64,000 nucleotides of DNA from Amoebidium appalachense. Its lineage: Eukaryota; Protista; Ichthyosporea. The notes below the pieces were generated by a model that did no database searches, had not been told where the DNA came from, and saw nothing but the letters and a program-made list of their open reading frames with translations. Below are positions 1-9,092 of the stretch, one piece after another (positions within the stretch are counted from its first letter, which is position 1; every line of letters begins with the position of its first letter). The DNA lies in NCBI GenBank assembly GCA_963693365.1, contig CAVNZM010000005.1, forward strand, positions 4,285,167 to 4,349,166, in the 5' to 3' direction. Position numbers and translations under genes: made by a program.

Positions 1-2
1 AT

Positions 3-722
3 AACCGCCTGCTTATTGTGTGTGACGAGGTGTTTTGGCATGGCAATGTGGACATCATCAACCAAATGAAGGCCCGTGTTACGGAAACCACGGGCCTCAT
101 GGAAAAGAAGGGCTGTGACATCATTACCGTGGAGAGTTGCGAGCGCTATGTGATTCTCAGCTACGAGTCGCACCCGCTAAACCTAGAGGAGGGAGACCGA
201 CGATGGGCCTGTTTTGAGTCTTCAGCAGATAGAAAGGGGCAGTTTGCATACTTCGCCGAATTCAAGGAACGACACTCCAATCCATCTGTTCTCCAGGCGA
301 TTTTGGACGAACTGATGGCTGAAGTGGATGTCCCCCAACGGATGCCAACCCCCCCAACAACCGAGCTTCGTTCACGGTTGACAGATCTCGGGCGGCCAGA
401 TGAACTGCAGTTTCTGCGCGACCTTGTGACGGGCGACAACGGATGCGAGGAGTGGCCCCGACCAGTCGATGGCCAACGCTTCACCAACAGCGACCTGTTC
501 AACTACTTTCGTCTGTGGCACGAGCGGAACGCGACAGGGCGCAGTCAGAAACCAAGCCAAAAGCTGTTTGGTAGTGCGCTTCGTGCCATTCTGGGGAAAC
601 CAGTGGGAACGAAGGTCAATTCAGCGGCACGGTACTGTTATGTTTTGTCGTTTGAGCGGATTGGTTTGTCGAAAGATGTTTGTCAGGCTATGGAGCAAGA
701 CCTTCTCGGTTCACTTGCATAG
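3..722 (+). CDS. D5-like/SF3 primase-helicase, C-terminal part (5' truncated by window)
   Basis: Frame open from base 3 (NRLLIVCDE = Walker B), then MKARVTE...EKKG, motif-C region YVILSY and arginine-finger GDRRW. The C-terminal region FTNSDLFNYFRLW...SQKLFGSALR resembles the D5 winged helix. Confidence 0.75.
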   Translation, partial: NRLLIVCDEVFWHGNVDIINQMKARVTETTGLMEKKGCDIITVESCERYVILSYESHPLNLEEGDRRWACFESSADRKGQFAYFAEFKERHSNPSVLQAILDELMAEVDVPQRMPTPPTTELRSRLTDLGRPDELQFLRDLVTGDNGCEEWPRPVDGQRFTNSDLFNYFRLWHERNATGRSQKPSQKLFGSALRAILGKPVGTKVNSAARYCYVLSFERIGLSKDVCQAMEQDLLGSLA

Positions 723-800
723 CCACCTGGATCTTACCACAAGTAGCAACCCAAACACACACCAAAATGGGTTTTTATTATAAATTACTTGCTTGGGCTG

Positions 801-926
801 TTGGTTTACTTAGTGGTAGTCAGGTTGAAAGGTGGTAACTTACTTTTCGAAAAAAATAAAAAGGACAAAAATATTTCCAGTGTAAAAGCTACCTACAACC
901 CAACTACCTGACTACCCAGTAGCCAA
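801..926. repeat. Imperfect intergenic inverted repeat (hairpin)
   Basis: GGTAGTCAGGT (815-825) is the exact reverse complement of ACCTGACTACC (906-916). Pairing extends imperfectly to TTGG (801) / CCAA (926) around an A-rich loop. Confidence 0.55.
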
Positions 927-949
927 TCTCTATTTTTTTGGTGCAATAA

Positions 950-1489
950 ATGAATATGACAGATCATAGATGTACAACATGTAATAAAACTTTTGCAACA
1001 AAGCAGAACCTACAACGCCATGCAAAATTTCACACCGGTGAAAAACCATATCCGTGTACATGGCCTGGTTGTACGGTAAGGTGTACGCAACAAGTTGGTC
1101 TGGATGCACATATGACCATACACACCGGAATAAAGAAATACGAGTGCAGTTACGAAGGGTGCAACTACAGGTCTCCACAATCTGGACGGCTTTTACGACA
1201 CACACGAAGGCACACGGGTGAGCGCCCATACGCATGCAACCACGATGGGTGTAGCGCTCGCTTTTCATACAGGAGTGCGCTTATTAGGCACTTACGGGTG
1301 CACGATTCAAGACAACAGTTGGTATGTGATGTCACTGGATGCGGGGCGATTCTCAAGACCACCAACGCGCTTAAATTTCATAACCGCGTCCATACAGGTC
1401 AGCGCCCCTACGCATGCGCCGAGGAAGGGTGCTCAAAGGCCTTCTCATGGCGTAGTGGGCTGTGGCGACATCGAAAGGTGGTGCATTAA
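950..1489 (+). CDS. C2H2 zinc-finger protein, 6 tandem fingers, intronless
   Basis: Six C-x2/4-C-x12-H-x3/4-H units with TGEKPY, TGERPY and TGQRPY linkers. Confidence 0.92.
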   Translation: MNMTDHRCTTCNKTFATKQNLQRHAKFHTGEKPYPCTWPGCTVRCTQQVGLDAHMTIHTGIKKYECSYEGCNYRSPQSGRLLRHTRRHTGERPYACNHDGCSARFSYRSALIRHLRVHDSRQQLVCDVTGCGAILKTTNALKFHNRVHTGQRPYACAEEGCSKAFSWRSGLWRHRKVVH

Positions 1490-2138
1490 CACAAACAACA
1501 AGAACCCCCCCCCCCCCCTACCACCTGTACACCAGCACGCCAGCGAGCAGCACGAGCAGCACGATGCATGCAAGCGCTATGCCCCTCCACATCGAAGCCC
1601 TCTTGAGCTGTGCATCATGGTCGTCCAATGAAGTGCCCATGTAGAGCATGAAGCGCGTGCTGTTGTCGATGGTCAGGTGGTACTCGTGCGGGTCGGCGGC
1701 AATGTCATCCCTGCGCAACCACGAGTTACTCGGGTTGTCAAATCTCAGGTTTGCAATGTTCGGAGAAGTCATACCTTCCGAAGAGATACTTTGGAGCGCC
1801 CCCTCCCCAGCAACTCGGGGAGCACACACAGACATTATGCATCGCAGTGCTAATGGAACCTAAAAACCGCTGGGACGTAGGGCGCGCCAAGACGGAGGAC
1901 GCACTGCTACAATGATCTTTGGCAACCTTGTTTTTCTTGGTCATATATATGGTCAATTTGATAGCTGTTCGATCTTGTGTCCAGAGCGGTGGTTGTAAAA
2001 GGCAACAACAACAACCCACTGCAAGTGTCACAAAGGGCACGCTGTCGGTGCATTAACACAAACAACAAGACCCCACCCCCCCCCCTGAGCGCCAGCACGC
2101 GGCAAGCAGCACGAGCAGCACCATGCATGCAAGCGCTA
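1480..2138 (+). repeat. Dispersed ~95-bp direct repeat (1480-1579 and 2047-2138)
   Basis: Both copies read GGTGCATTAACACAAACAACAAGA-Cn...CCAGCACGC...AGCAGCACGAGCAGCAC.ATGCATGCAAGCGCTA. Confidence 0.85.
1518..1835 (-). CDS. Small hypothetical protein with C-terminal transmembrane anchor
   Basis: 105-aa ATG ORF ending GIALACIVLLVLLAGVLVYRW; convergent with the zinc-finger gene without overlap. Confidence 0.55.
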   Translation of the reverse strand: MSVCAPRVAGEGALQSISSEGMTSPNIANLRFDNPSNSWLRRDDIAADPHEYHLTIDNSTRFMLYMGTSLDDHDAQLKRASMWRGIALACIVLLVLLAGVLVYRW

Positions 2139-2237
2139 CGGTCCACAACACAGGTGTGGAAGAGGAAGTGGCAATTTTTATTTACTGGTCGTGTCCAGCA
2201 CGGCTGCGCTTCTCAGGGCTGACAGCTATCGCGTTTT

Positions 2238-2491
2238 GATTGGTGTAATCATGACTAAGATCAAAATTGGCTGTCAGATCGGATATGCAAATCTACCAAT
2301 CAAATTAATTATCGCGGCTCACTTCAATGCTGTGAGAATTTTGCGAACCAATCACATTAGCTCAACCTAGATCACCATCCCTGCCAACCAATCAGCGCGC
2401 GAATTGAACTCCAATCAAATGGCGCTGTGGACATGCCATACCAGTACTTTCTGAAAACCGATCCTACATAAGAGACCAACACGAGGCCAAT
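2238..2491. promoter_or_regulatory. CCAAT-box cluster with octamer upstream of the MYND gene
   Basis: ATTGG at ~2239 and ~2266; CCAAT at 2296, 2348, 2388, 2411 and 2487; ATGCAAAT at 2285-2292. Confidence 0.55.
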
Positions 2492-2643
2492 CCTGTCACT
2501 TTCACGCTTTCACACATTCTCCCTCACAACAACTCCCAGCCAAACGATTGTTGCCAGACATCTCACCACGTCCCTCTTTCTCGCCTTTCTTAGCGGATCG
2601 TTTCACTAGACAAATCACCACACGCTGGCATTCACGCACAAGC

Positions 2644-4053
2644 ATGGACCAAACACCTGAAGAGGCCGTGGCTTTGCCTTTCATCGTCCGGCCCCCCGGC
2701 TCGGACACGGACAAGGTCGTCGTCTATGCCGTGGACGACAAGTATCGGCTCCACCGGGACCCTGTCAGCGCTCGGCTGCTGGAAGTTGCGAGAGACGGCG
2801 ACCTCCGCATCTTCGAAACACGGGAGAGCTTCGCTGCGTTCCGTTCAGTCCTTGAAAACGACATGAAAACTTTGCTGCTGCATTTGGAGAGACAACCCCA
2901 CGGGCCTGGGCGGGTGCCGCCCCTCTGGGACACTTGTCTGCACTCCATCGCGTTCCCAATGTACGCCGCCTTCCAGCGCTACGTGCTGGGGAATCCGGAC
3001 CATGAGGCTCTCCACGAGGGCACGCTCGGTCAAGGGGTTCAGGACTTCTTCATGCTCGTGGGGACGGCGCTATGCGAGCGGTCCGGTCTCAAGGCCCGAC
3101 CCCCTGCCCACTTCAGTCAAGAGCCGGCCACTTCCGCCTTGCGTACGTATACGTTATGCAAGGACATTGACGACGTGGTGTACAATGATTGGGCTAACCG
3201 GGCCGTCGAGCACTTTGTGAACGAGTTGCCTTCCGTGTCATGTCTCCAGTGCCGCTCGCCCGTCGACACAAAGAAGTGCACCCGCTGCAGAAACGCCTAC
3301 TTCTGCAATGACATCTGTATGAAACAAAAGTGGCCCGAGCACAAGAAGGACTGCAAGGAGCAACCCACCCACCAAGACCCAACGGTGTCGAAAAACGAGG
3401 TCGTGGTCTACACCATGGACAGCCACTTGCGTTTCCACTCGGACCCGGTCTGCAACCTGATGCTAAAAGTTCTGGAGTGCGGCGACCTGCGTGTGTTTCG
3501 CAACAAGGAGCGCTACATGGAATGCGAGGCTACCCTGGCGGGCGAGATGCGTGCTATAGAGGAGCGGAGATGGGTGAACGACCCAACGGTGACTGCGGCC
3601 GAACGCAACATGGCTGCCTACTTCGCGTGTTTTAGGCACTACTGTGTCTTCCACCGCTACGTGCTGGAGGAGCGGGACTACAATGCCCTGTATGCCGGAA
3701 ACATCAGCACGGGCGCCGGTATTGTCTTCAGAATGATGCTTCATGTACTGTGCGCGTCTTCCGGCCTCGAGCACACCACGCCCGAGGCTGTTGTGCAGAT
3801 TGCGGAGTTTGCGGTGAGCACTCTTCCCGTGTCCACGGAGTACGACATGGACAACATGTGTATGTATGAATGGTGCAACCGGGCCGTCAAGCACTTCATC
3901 GACAAGCTGCCCTCTGTCGTCTGTGCCACCTGCGGCTCGACCGGGCGCACCAAGAAGTGCTCGGCCTGTAAGCACGTCTACTACTGCAGCAGGGACTGCC
4001 AGACCCGCGATTGGGGTGAGCACAAGAAGGACTGCCAGAAGCAGGGCCCGTAG
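2644..4053 (+). CDS. Internally duplicated protein with two MYND zinc fingers
   Basis: CLQC...CTRCRNAYFCNDICMKQKWPEHKKDC and CATC...CSACKHVYYCSRDCQTRDWGEHKKDC, each preceded by a homologous ~190-aa domain (VVVYAVDDKYRLHRDPV vs VVVYTMDSHLRFHSDPV). First ATG at 2644. Confidence 0.9.
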   Translation: MDQTPEEAVALPFIVRPPGSDTDKVVVYAVDDKYRLHRDPVSARLLEVARDGDLRIFETRESFAAFRSVLENDMKTLLLHLERQPHGPGRVPPLWDTCLHSIAFPMYAAFQRYVLGNPDHEALHEGTLGQGVQDFFMLVGTALCERSGLKARPPAHFSQEPATSALRTYTLCKDIDDVVYNDWANRAVEHFVNELPSVSCLQCRSPVDTKKCTRCRNAYFCNDICMKQKWPEHKKDCKEQPTHQDPTVSKNEVVVYTMDSHLRFHSDPVCNLMLKVLECGDLRVFRNKERYMECEATLAGEMRAIEERRWVNDPTVTAAERNMAAYFACFRHYCVFHRYVLEERDYNALYAGNISTGAGIVFRMMLHVLCASSGLEHTTPEAVVQIAEFAVSTLPVSTEYDMDNMCMYEWCNRAVKHFIDKLPSVVCATCGSTGRTKKCSACKHVYYCSRDCQTRDWGEHKKDCQKQGP

Positions 4054-4096
4054 GGGATGGCCGTGGTGATGCTGTGTCTGTGTGCTCTTTTACGGA

Positions 4097-4253
4097 ACTT
4101 ATTTCGTGACAAGCGATAGAATTCATTCGGGGTTGTTGTAGAATCGTATATTTATTATTGATGTAATCTCGGGTACTTGTTTCGTGTGCAAGCGATAGAA
4201 TTCATTCGGGGTTGTTGTAGAATCGTATATTTGTCATTGATGTAACCTCGGGT
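4097..4253. repeat. ~79-bp tandem duplication
   Basis: CAAGCGATAGAATTCATTCGGGGTTGTTGTAGAATCGTATATTT...ATTGATGTAA..TCGGGT present twice. Confidence 0.9.
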
Positions 4254-4332
4254 TGTCAAACTTAATTCGGGTCGGTGGTTATGTGCATAATGGTATGTGA
4301 TTTTTCCAACATCGATATCGACAGAATAAATC

Positions 4333-4891
4333 TCAGTCCGTTTTCCGCTTTACTCGCACGCTCTGTCGGAGCACCAGTCTCCGGTATTTCGGCATGAGCG
4401 CGTCGGCATACACGTACTTCTCAATACGCCTATGACCTCTCCTTTTTGACCGACCTCTTCGGTGTGGCATGCCCCTTGTCCGAAAAATGTCCATCTCCGA
4501 CTGCGAAAACACCCTAGTGAAACCACTTTCTCCGCTTACACCCTGCGGCACATTGGTTGCTGGTCCACGCGCCCTCCTCGAGCTCGAGATACACCTTGCG
4601 CCACCCGGGCTCTGCGCGCTTGATCTCGCACGCCACCACAATGTCTCCCGGGCGCACACCTGCAGTCCACATGCTGGTGCAGCAGCGCACGCTCAGCACC
4701 TCACATCCCGAGTCGGCCCCGCGCACACACACACCGAAACACGCAAGCGTGCACTCATGGTCGTGCAGCGCCTCGAGAACTGGCACCTTGCGGGCGAGTG
4801 TGCGCCGACGCAGGCGCAAGTCGGGAAGGGTATAAAAAGCCGTGTTGGACGCGGAGAGCTGCCAGTCTGCATCTGCACCAGAACTGAACAT
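4333..4891 (-). pseudogene. Possible frameshifted gene with a degenerate PDZ-like motif
   Basis: Frame 4891-4514 contains FGVCVRGADSGCEVLSVRCCTSMWTAGVRPGDIVVAC (PDZ pattern G-V..V...S....AG+rpGDiI+). An overlapping frame continues to 4333. Confidence 0.35.
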
Positions 4892-5408
4892 GGCTTTTGA
4901 GCAGGACCTGAAGCTGTTCGTGAATAGACTTTCGCTGTTTGTCTCGAGCATGACGTTCGACTCACACGGCGCCGGGAGGGTGGCGAGCCGGCCGCTACAG
5001 CTCCACGCGCGACTCGGCAAGGGCGACACGATGCTGTCGGACACGATGCTGCCGCTGCAATCGGTCGAATCATCGAATCGAGACGGACTCAACCACCTGG
5101 TGTTTTCGACGTGTCCGCTGGAGGGGGCCGGGGATGCGGTGACCATCGACCTAGATTGGGGCAAGTCGTTCCGGCTGACCTGGGAGCGCTGGGACACCAC
5201 GCTGTCGCTGCTGCCACCGAGGGACCCAACTGAGAACGAAGGGATGGGGGAGGGACGTGCCGTCCCCCTGAAGGCTTCGAGCCAGCGAACAACCCTTCTG
5301 CGAATCGACTTTCTGAAGGACTTTGTTTGGCACGACACGGGCTGCGACATCCTGTCGCTGCAGCTATACGAACCAGCAAAGAAAAATAGGCGGCTGCGTA
5401 GAGAATGA
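4890..5408 (+). CDS. Hypothetical protein (172 aa)
   Basis: ATG at 4890, GC3-rich codons, TATAAAA at 4831-4837. No recognised domain. Confidence 0.6.
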   Translation: MAFEQDLKLFVNRLSLFVSSMTFDSHGAGRVASRPLQLHARLGKGDTMLSDTMLPLQSVESSNRDGLNHLVFSTCPLEGAGDAVTIDLDWGKSFRLTWERWDTTLSLLPPRDPTENEGMGEGRAVPLKASSQRTTLLRIDFLKDFVWHDTGCDILSLQLYEPAKKNRRLRRE

Positions 5409-5668
5409 TAAATATATCACGCAGTGCGTGTGTGTGTGCGACTGCGCCCCGGATGGTGCAGCACGCGTATATAAGCAGGGCCACCCCCAAGGTGTCGTCC
5501 GAGCGCATGCCTGTGTATGCGCGCACAAATTTGTTTGCATTGCGGAGAAATCATACCCCCCCTCCCCCGTAAACCAGTCGATTGTTGCTGCCAGCATTCT
5601 CGGCACGACTGAGGGTGCGCAGGTATATAAGGAGCACACACAGCCAACTGGGGTCAGTCTGACACAGC

Positions 5669-7294
5669 ATGGCTACCGGACAGAGCAACTCAAAGGTGGA
5701 CATGTCGCTTCTGTGGAAGGAGTTCCCCCAGTTCAAGGATGCCCAATATAGGATCCATGGAAAGGGCAAGGATGCACAGGGTAGCGTCCTGGATACCGCC
5801 ACCATTGTGCTTGGCTCGTCAAATGCTGCAAGGTCTGCATGGTTTGATATGCAGGCAAGCAAGGAGTCGACCGTTAAGGACCTTGTTGCTCGCAGCAACA
5901 AGGTCCGCATAAACGGAAAGGGAATGGTTACACCTGTCGCTCCTTTCAAGGTCCTCATCGAGATCATCTTCATGCTCCCTGGCAAGCGCGCGCACGAGTT
6001 CCGCAAGACCTGTGCCAAGTACGTTGCACGACTTTTGTCACACAAGGATTGGGTGGGTATAAAAGAACCAGACACACAACCCCAAACCTCACTTTCACAA
6101 ACCATGCCAACGGAACACGACGAAGGCTTAGCTATGCTAACCGGAAACGAGGTCGCCGCAAAAAAAGGCGACACCATCTGCATTGGTGACTATGTAGTGC
6201 GAGTTGCTCAATCCGAAGGTGTTAAATACGCCAGTCTTGTTGATTATGCAATGCTAGTGCGCAATTTAGACAGACATGCGGCCGCTGAGTATGTCAGACG
6301 ACATTATGAGAATGAAGAGGAAATCAAAGGCCTCAACATGAGGCCTTTGAGGTTCGGCGATTCAAAGCGACCCTCGATTGGTGTTCCTGCTTCATCGTTG
6401 GTGAAACTGACCTTCAAGATGGCATCCGGCTCGCGCTATGGATCTGCCCTCGTTGACAAGTGGGCTCAAGATATAGCGCGCCTGGAAGGTGGAGACGAAA
6501 CACTCGTGGAGGACATCGAGCGCAACCGTGCCGCAGCAGAAGCCAACCCGTCAGGACCCAACGCTTTCATGCGTGACAGTGTGCGAGCAGAAATGGATGC
6601 CGACGGGACACCCGAGAGGGAGCCCAAGAGACTGAAGCTCGGAGACATCACCCAGTTCATGACCAACCAGGCCGAGATGGAAACTGCACTGAGTCTGTAC
6701 AAGGAGGCGCGCATCGCCGAATCTGCACAGTACACGGAGATCATGATGATGCGCGAGGAAGGCGCTCTGTGTGACAAGCGCGCAGGTGTGATCCGGGAGG
6801 AGCGCCTGCAACTCGAGGCGCAGTGCCGGCTTTTGGAGCTCCAGGCAACAGACAGCATCAAGCAGGACCACATCCCACCCGAATACGAGGATGCCAGCGA
6901 GGAGCTGCGCCGGGTCACCAACCACGTGTGCACCAAGCAGCAGTCCGGCATCTACGTGTTCGTGTCCGAGTATGGCGACCCGCCCTGCCTGAAAATCGGA
7001 CTCAGTCTGAAGGACGTGAAGGGCCGCATGAAGCAGGCCGGTACGTGGCATGTGGGACCCAACAAGCGCCTGCTCTTTGCGCTGCCCGTGCCGTCCGAGC
7101 AGCTGGCGCTTGCGGAGAAGTGCCTGCACACAGCACTCAAACACAAGAACGTCGAGCGCGAGCTGTTCCGTGTGGACTTTGTGACTTTTGCTGCGGCCAT
7201 GCTGGAGATGGCGAGGGAGCACATGGAAGACGACTTGACAAGGGACCTCGTCATGAGCGTGTTCAAGAAGGGCAGTCAGGAGCAAGCGCAGTAG
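5669..7294 (+). CDS. Virus-type protein: two related N-terminal putative DNA-binding domains, coiled coil and C-terminal T5orf172/MUG113 (GIY-YIG-like) domain
   Basis: RINGKGMVTPVAPFKVLIEIIFMLPGKRAHEFRK resembles a domain seen in algal large-virus proteins; a second divergent copy ends RLEGGDETLVEDIERN. C-terminus SGIYVF...LKIGLS...RMKQ...AEKCLH...RELF fits T5orf172. TATATAA at 5624-5630. Confidence 0.8.
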   Translation: MATGQSNSKVDMSLLWKEFPQFKDAQYRIHGKGKDAQGSVLDTATIVLGSSNAARSAWFDMQASKESTVKDLVARSNKVRINGKGMVTPVAPFKVLIEIIFMLPGKRAHEFRKTCAKYVARLLSHKDWVGIKEPDTQPQTSLSQTMPTEHDEGLAMLTGNEVAAKKGDTICIGDYVVRVAQSEGVKYASLVDYAMLVRNLDRHAAAEYVRRHYENEEEIKGLNMRPLRFGDSKRPSIGVPASSLVKLTFKMASGSRYGSALVDKWAQDIARLEGGDETLVEDIERNRAAAEANPSGPNAFMRDSVRAEMDADGTPEREPKRLKLGDITQFMTNQAEMETALSLYKEARIAESAQYTEIMMMREEGALCDKRAGVIREERLQLEAQCRLLELQATDSIKQDHIPPEYEDASEELRRVTNHVCTKQQSGIYVFVSEYGDPPCLKIGLSLKDVKGRMKQAGTWHVGPNKRLLFALPVPSEQLALAEKCLHTALKHKNVERELFRVDFVTFAAAMLEMAREHMEDDLTRDLVMSVFKKGSQEQAQ

Positions 7295-7323
7295 CCCCAA
7301 GACATTTCAATGGATAAGCACCA

Positions 7324-7940
7324 TAATACAAGTAATTCGGTCAACGTTTTATTCCATTATTCGGAGTGCTCGGTAGCAATTAATACAAGTCCGAATTCGG
7401 TCAACGTTTTATTCCATTATTCGGAGTGCTCGGGAGCAATTAATACAAGTCCGAATTCGGTCAACGTTTTATTCCATTATTCGGAGTGCTCGGGAGCAAT
7501 TAATACAAGTCCGAATTCGGTCAACGTTTTATTCCATTATTCGGAGTGCTCGGGAGCAATTAATACAAGTCCGAATTCGGTCAGAGTTGCATCTCATATT
7601 TCGGCGTGCTCGGGAGCAATTAATACAAGTCCGAATTCGGTCAGAGTTGCATCTCATATTTCGGCGTGCTCGGTAGCAATTAATACAAGTCCGAATTCGG
7701 TCAGAGTTGCATCTCATATTTCGGCGTGCTCGGTAGCAATTAATACAAGTCCGAATTCGGTCAGAGTTGCATCTCATTTTTCGGCGTGCTCGGTAGCAAT
7801 TAATACAAGTCCGAATTTGGTCAAAGTTGCATCTCATTTTTCGGCGTGCTCGGTAGCAATTAATACAAGTCCGAATTCGGTCAACGTTTTATTCCATTAT
7901 TCGGAGTGCCACAACACAAGTCCGATTTTGATCAACGTTA
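7324..7940. repeat. 60-bp tandem array, ~10 copies, palindromic core CCGAATTCGG
   Basis: Unit TAATACAAGTCCGAATTCGGTCA...TCGG.GTGCTCGG.AGCAAT in exact 60-bp register, two variants ordered A4-B5-A1. Confidence 0.97.
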
Positions 7941-8097
7941 CATCCTCCCAAAATCGGGAAAACCCTCTCCCCTTCCCCTTCCCCCCCCCCCCCCCCCCCT
8001 CCGGATTGGAAACCCCACTCCGCAATCGGAGAAAAGTCCCCCCCCCCATCACCTCTCGCGCACCCCCACCACCGCATTATATCATGCACCGAGTAAC

Positions 8098-8469
8098 ATG
8101 GACGCCGGCGCACCCTTTCTACCGCCCCGTCCCCTCTCCGCCTTGCGAACAACAAACCCTCCCTCCCCCATCCTGCTGGCCGTGCTCGCCGGGCTCATTC
8201 TCTACGTGCTGTGGGACACGTTCAGCCCGCGTGTGCGGCGGCGGCTGGCGGTGCTCAAGTGCCCCGGTACATGCCCGATGTGTGCCAGCTGCGGCAGCTG
8301 CTCGCCCCGCCGGAAGTGTGCGCACTGCCCCCGCTGCCACGTGTGCGGTGCAAGCCCCACCCGGTGCACCCAGTGTCCCGCATGCAAGCACTGCCCGCCC
8401 GAGCAGAAGTGCCCGGCGTGCCCCACGTGTGCACATGCGCCGGCGGTGGTGATCAAGGAGCGGGCATGA
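8098..8469 (+). CDS. Small membrane-anchored Cys-rich (CxxC repeat) protein
   Basis: TM segment ILLAVLAGLILYVLW followed by CPMCASC, CAHCPRCHVC, CTQCPACKHC, CPACPTC. ATG at 8098. Confidence 0.7.
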   Translation: MDAGAPFLPPRPLSALRTTNPPSPILLAVLAGLILYVLWDTFSPRVRRRLAVLKCPGTCPMCASCGSCSPRRKCAHCPRCHVCGASPTRCTQCPACKHCPPEQKCPACPTCAHAPAVVIKERA

Positions 8470-8505
8470 GGATTGACACGGCAAGAGATTTTTGTGGCAT
8501 AGAGT

Positions 8506-8799
8506 ATGGCGTACCGATGGGAGTACAAGCTAAAGGAGGAGCCCGGCAAGGCACCCGTGGTGCAGGCAACTGTTGTGCCGACCGAGGCCACCGCCCGGCG
8601 GACGCAGATGGAGCAACGAGCATACGCACAAGAGCTTGCGGAAAAAGGCTACATAGACCTGCCCGAAGAGCTTGCGGATAAGTGCGGATTCAAGAAGTGG
8701 GTGCCCCAAAACCAACGGCAGACAGCCATCGTGCTGCAGAAGATGATGGAGCCGGAGACCCTACCAGCCGAAACGGAAAATCATGAGAGAAAGTGTTGA
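8506..8799 (+). CDS. Hypothetical protein (97 aa)
   Basis: ATG ORF with GC3-rich codons directly after the Cys-rich gene; its stop abuts the first long (TG)n tract. Confidence 0.55.
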   Translation: MAYRWEYKLKEEPGKAPVVQATVVPTEATARRTQMEQRAYAQELAEKGYIDLPEELADKCGFKKWVPQNQRQTAIVLQKMMEPETLPAETENHERKC

Positions 8800-8801
8800 G
8801 C

Positions 8802-8833
<32 letters not shown>

Positions 8834-9092
8834 GAGCTTTGTGTGTGTGTGTGTGTGTGTGTGTGATTGCACACATGTCACAGATTCAAAGCAGAATTGG
8901 TATATTTATTGGAGTCTCTCCGCCACTATGGGTGACTACAATACACATAAAAACTTGGAAAGAAAATTTGGTACGTCACATATTTTTGCAGACCACATTC
9001 GAGTTAACATTACGGAAATTTTTGGTATCGAGCTAAATACAAAAATAATAAAAAAACTTGTTGAAACAATGAAAACTTTGTACCACGTCTCT

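Larger units (their letters stand above)
1..8800. mobile_element. Putative endogenous giant-virus (NCLDV-like) segment; left end outside the window, may extend to ~18.1-18.6 kb
   Basis: Dense intronless ORFs with short spacers and no long microsatellites, unlike the intron-rich genes after 22 kb. Content (D5/SF3-like helicase, T5orf172 protein, MYND, C2H2, Cys-rich membrane ORFan) is typical of NCLDVs. No capsid, PolB or packaging ATPase is in the window, so the class is inferred. Confidence 0.7.

Noticed and set aside
3463-7300. Long antisense ORFs opposite the MYND and T5orf172 genes (3463-4023, 6551-7300)
   Set aside because: Typical shadows of GC3-rich coding sequence; no independent motifs.
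7324-7940. 60-bp array as a CRISPR array
   Set aside because: No unique spacers (whole units repeat), no cas genes, eukaryotic context.
7310-8452. 380-aa ORF across the 60-bp array
   Set aside because: Open only because the unit is a stop-free multiple of 3; it then runs out of frame over the better Cys-rich gene.
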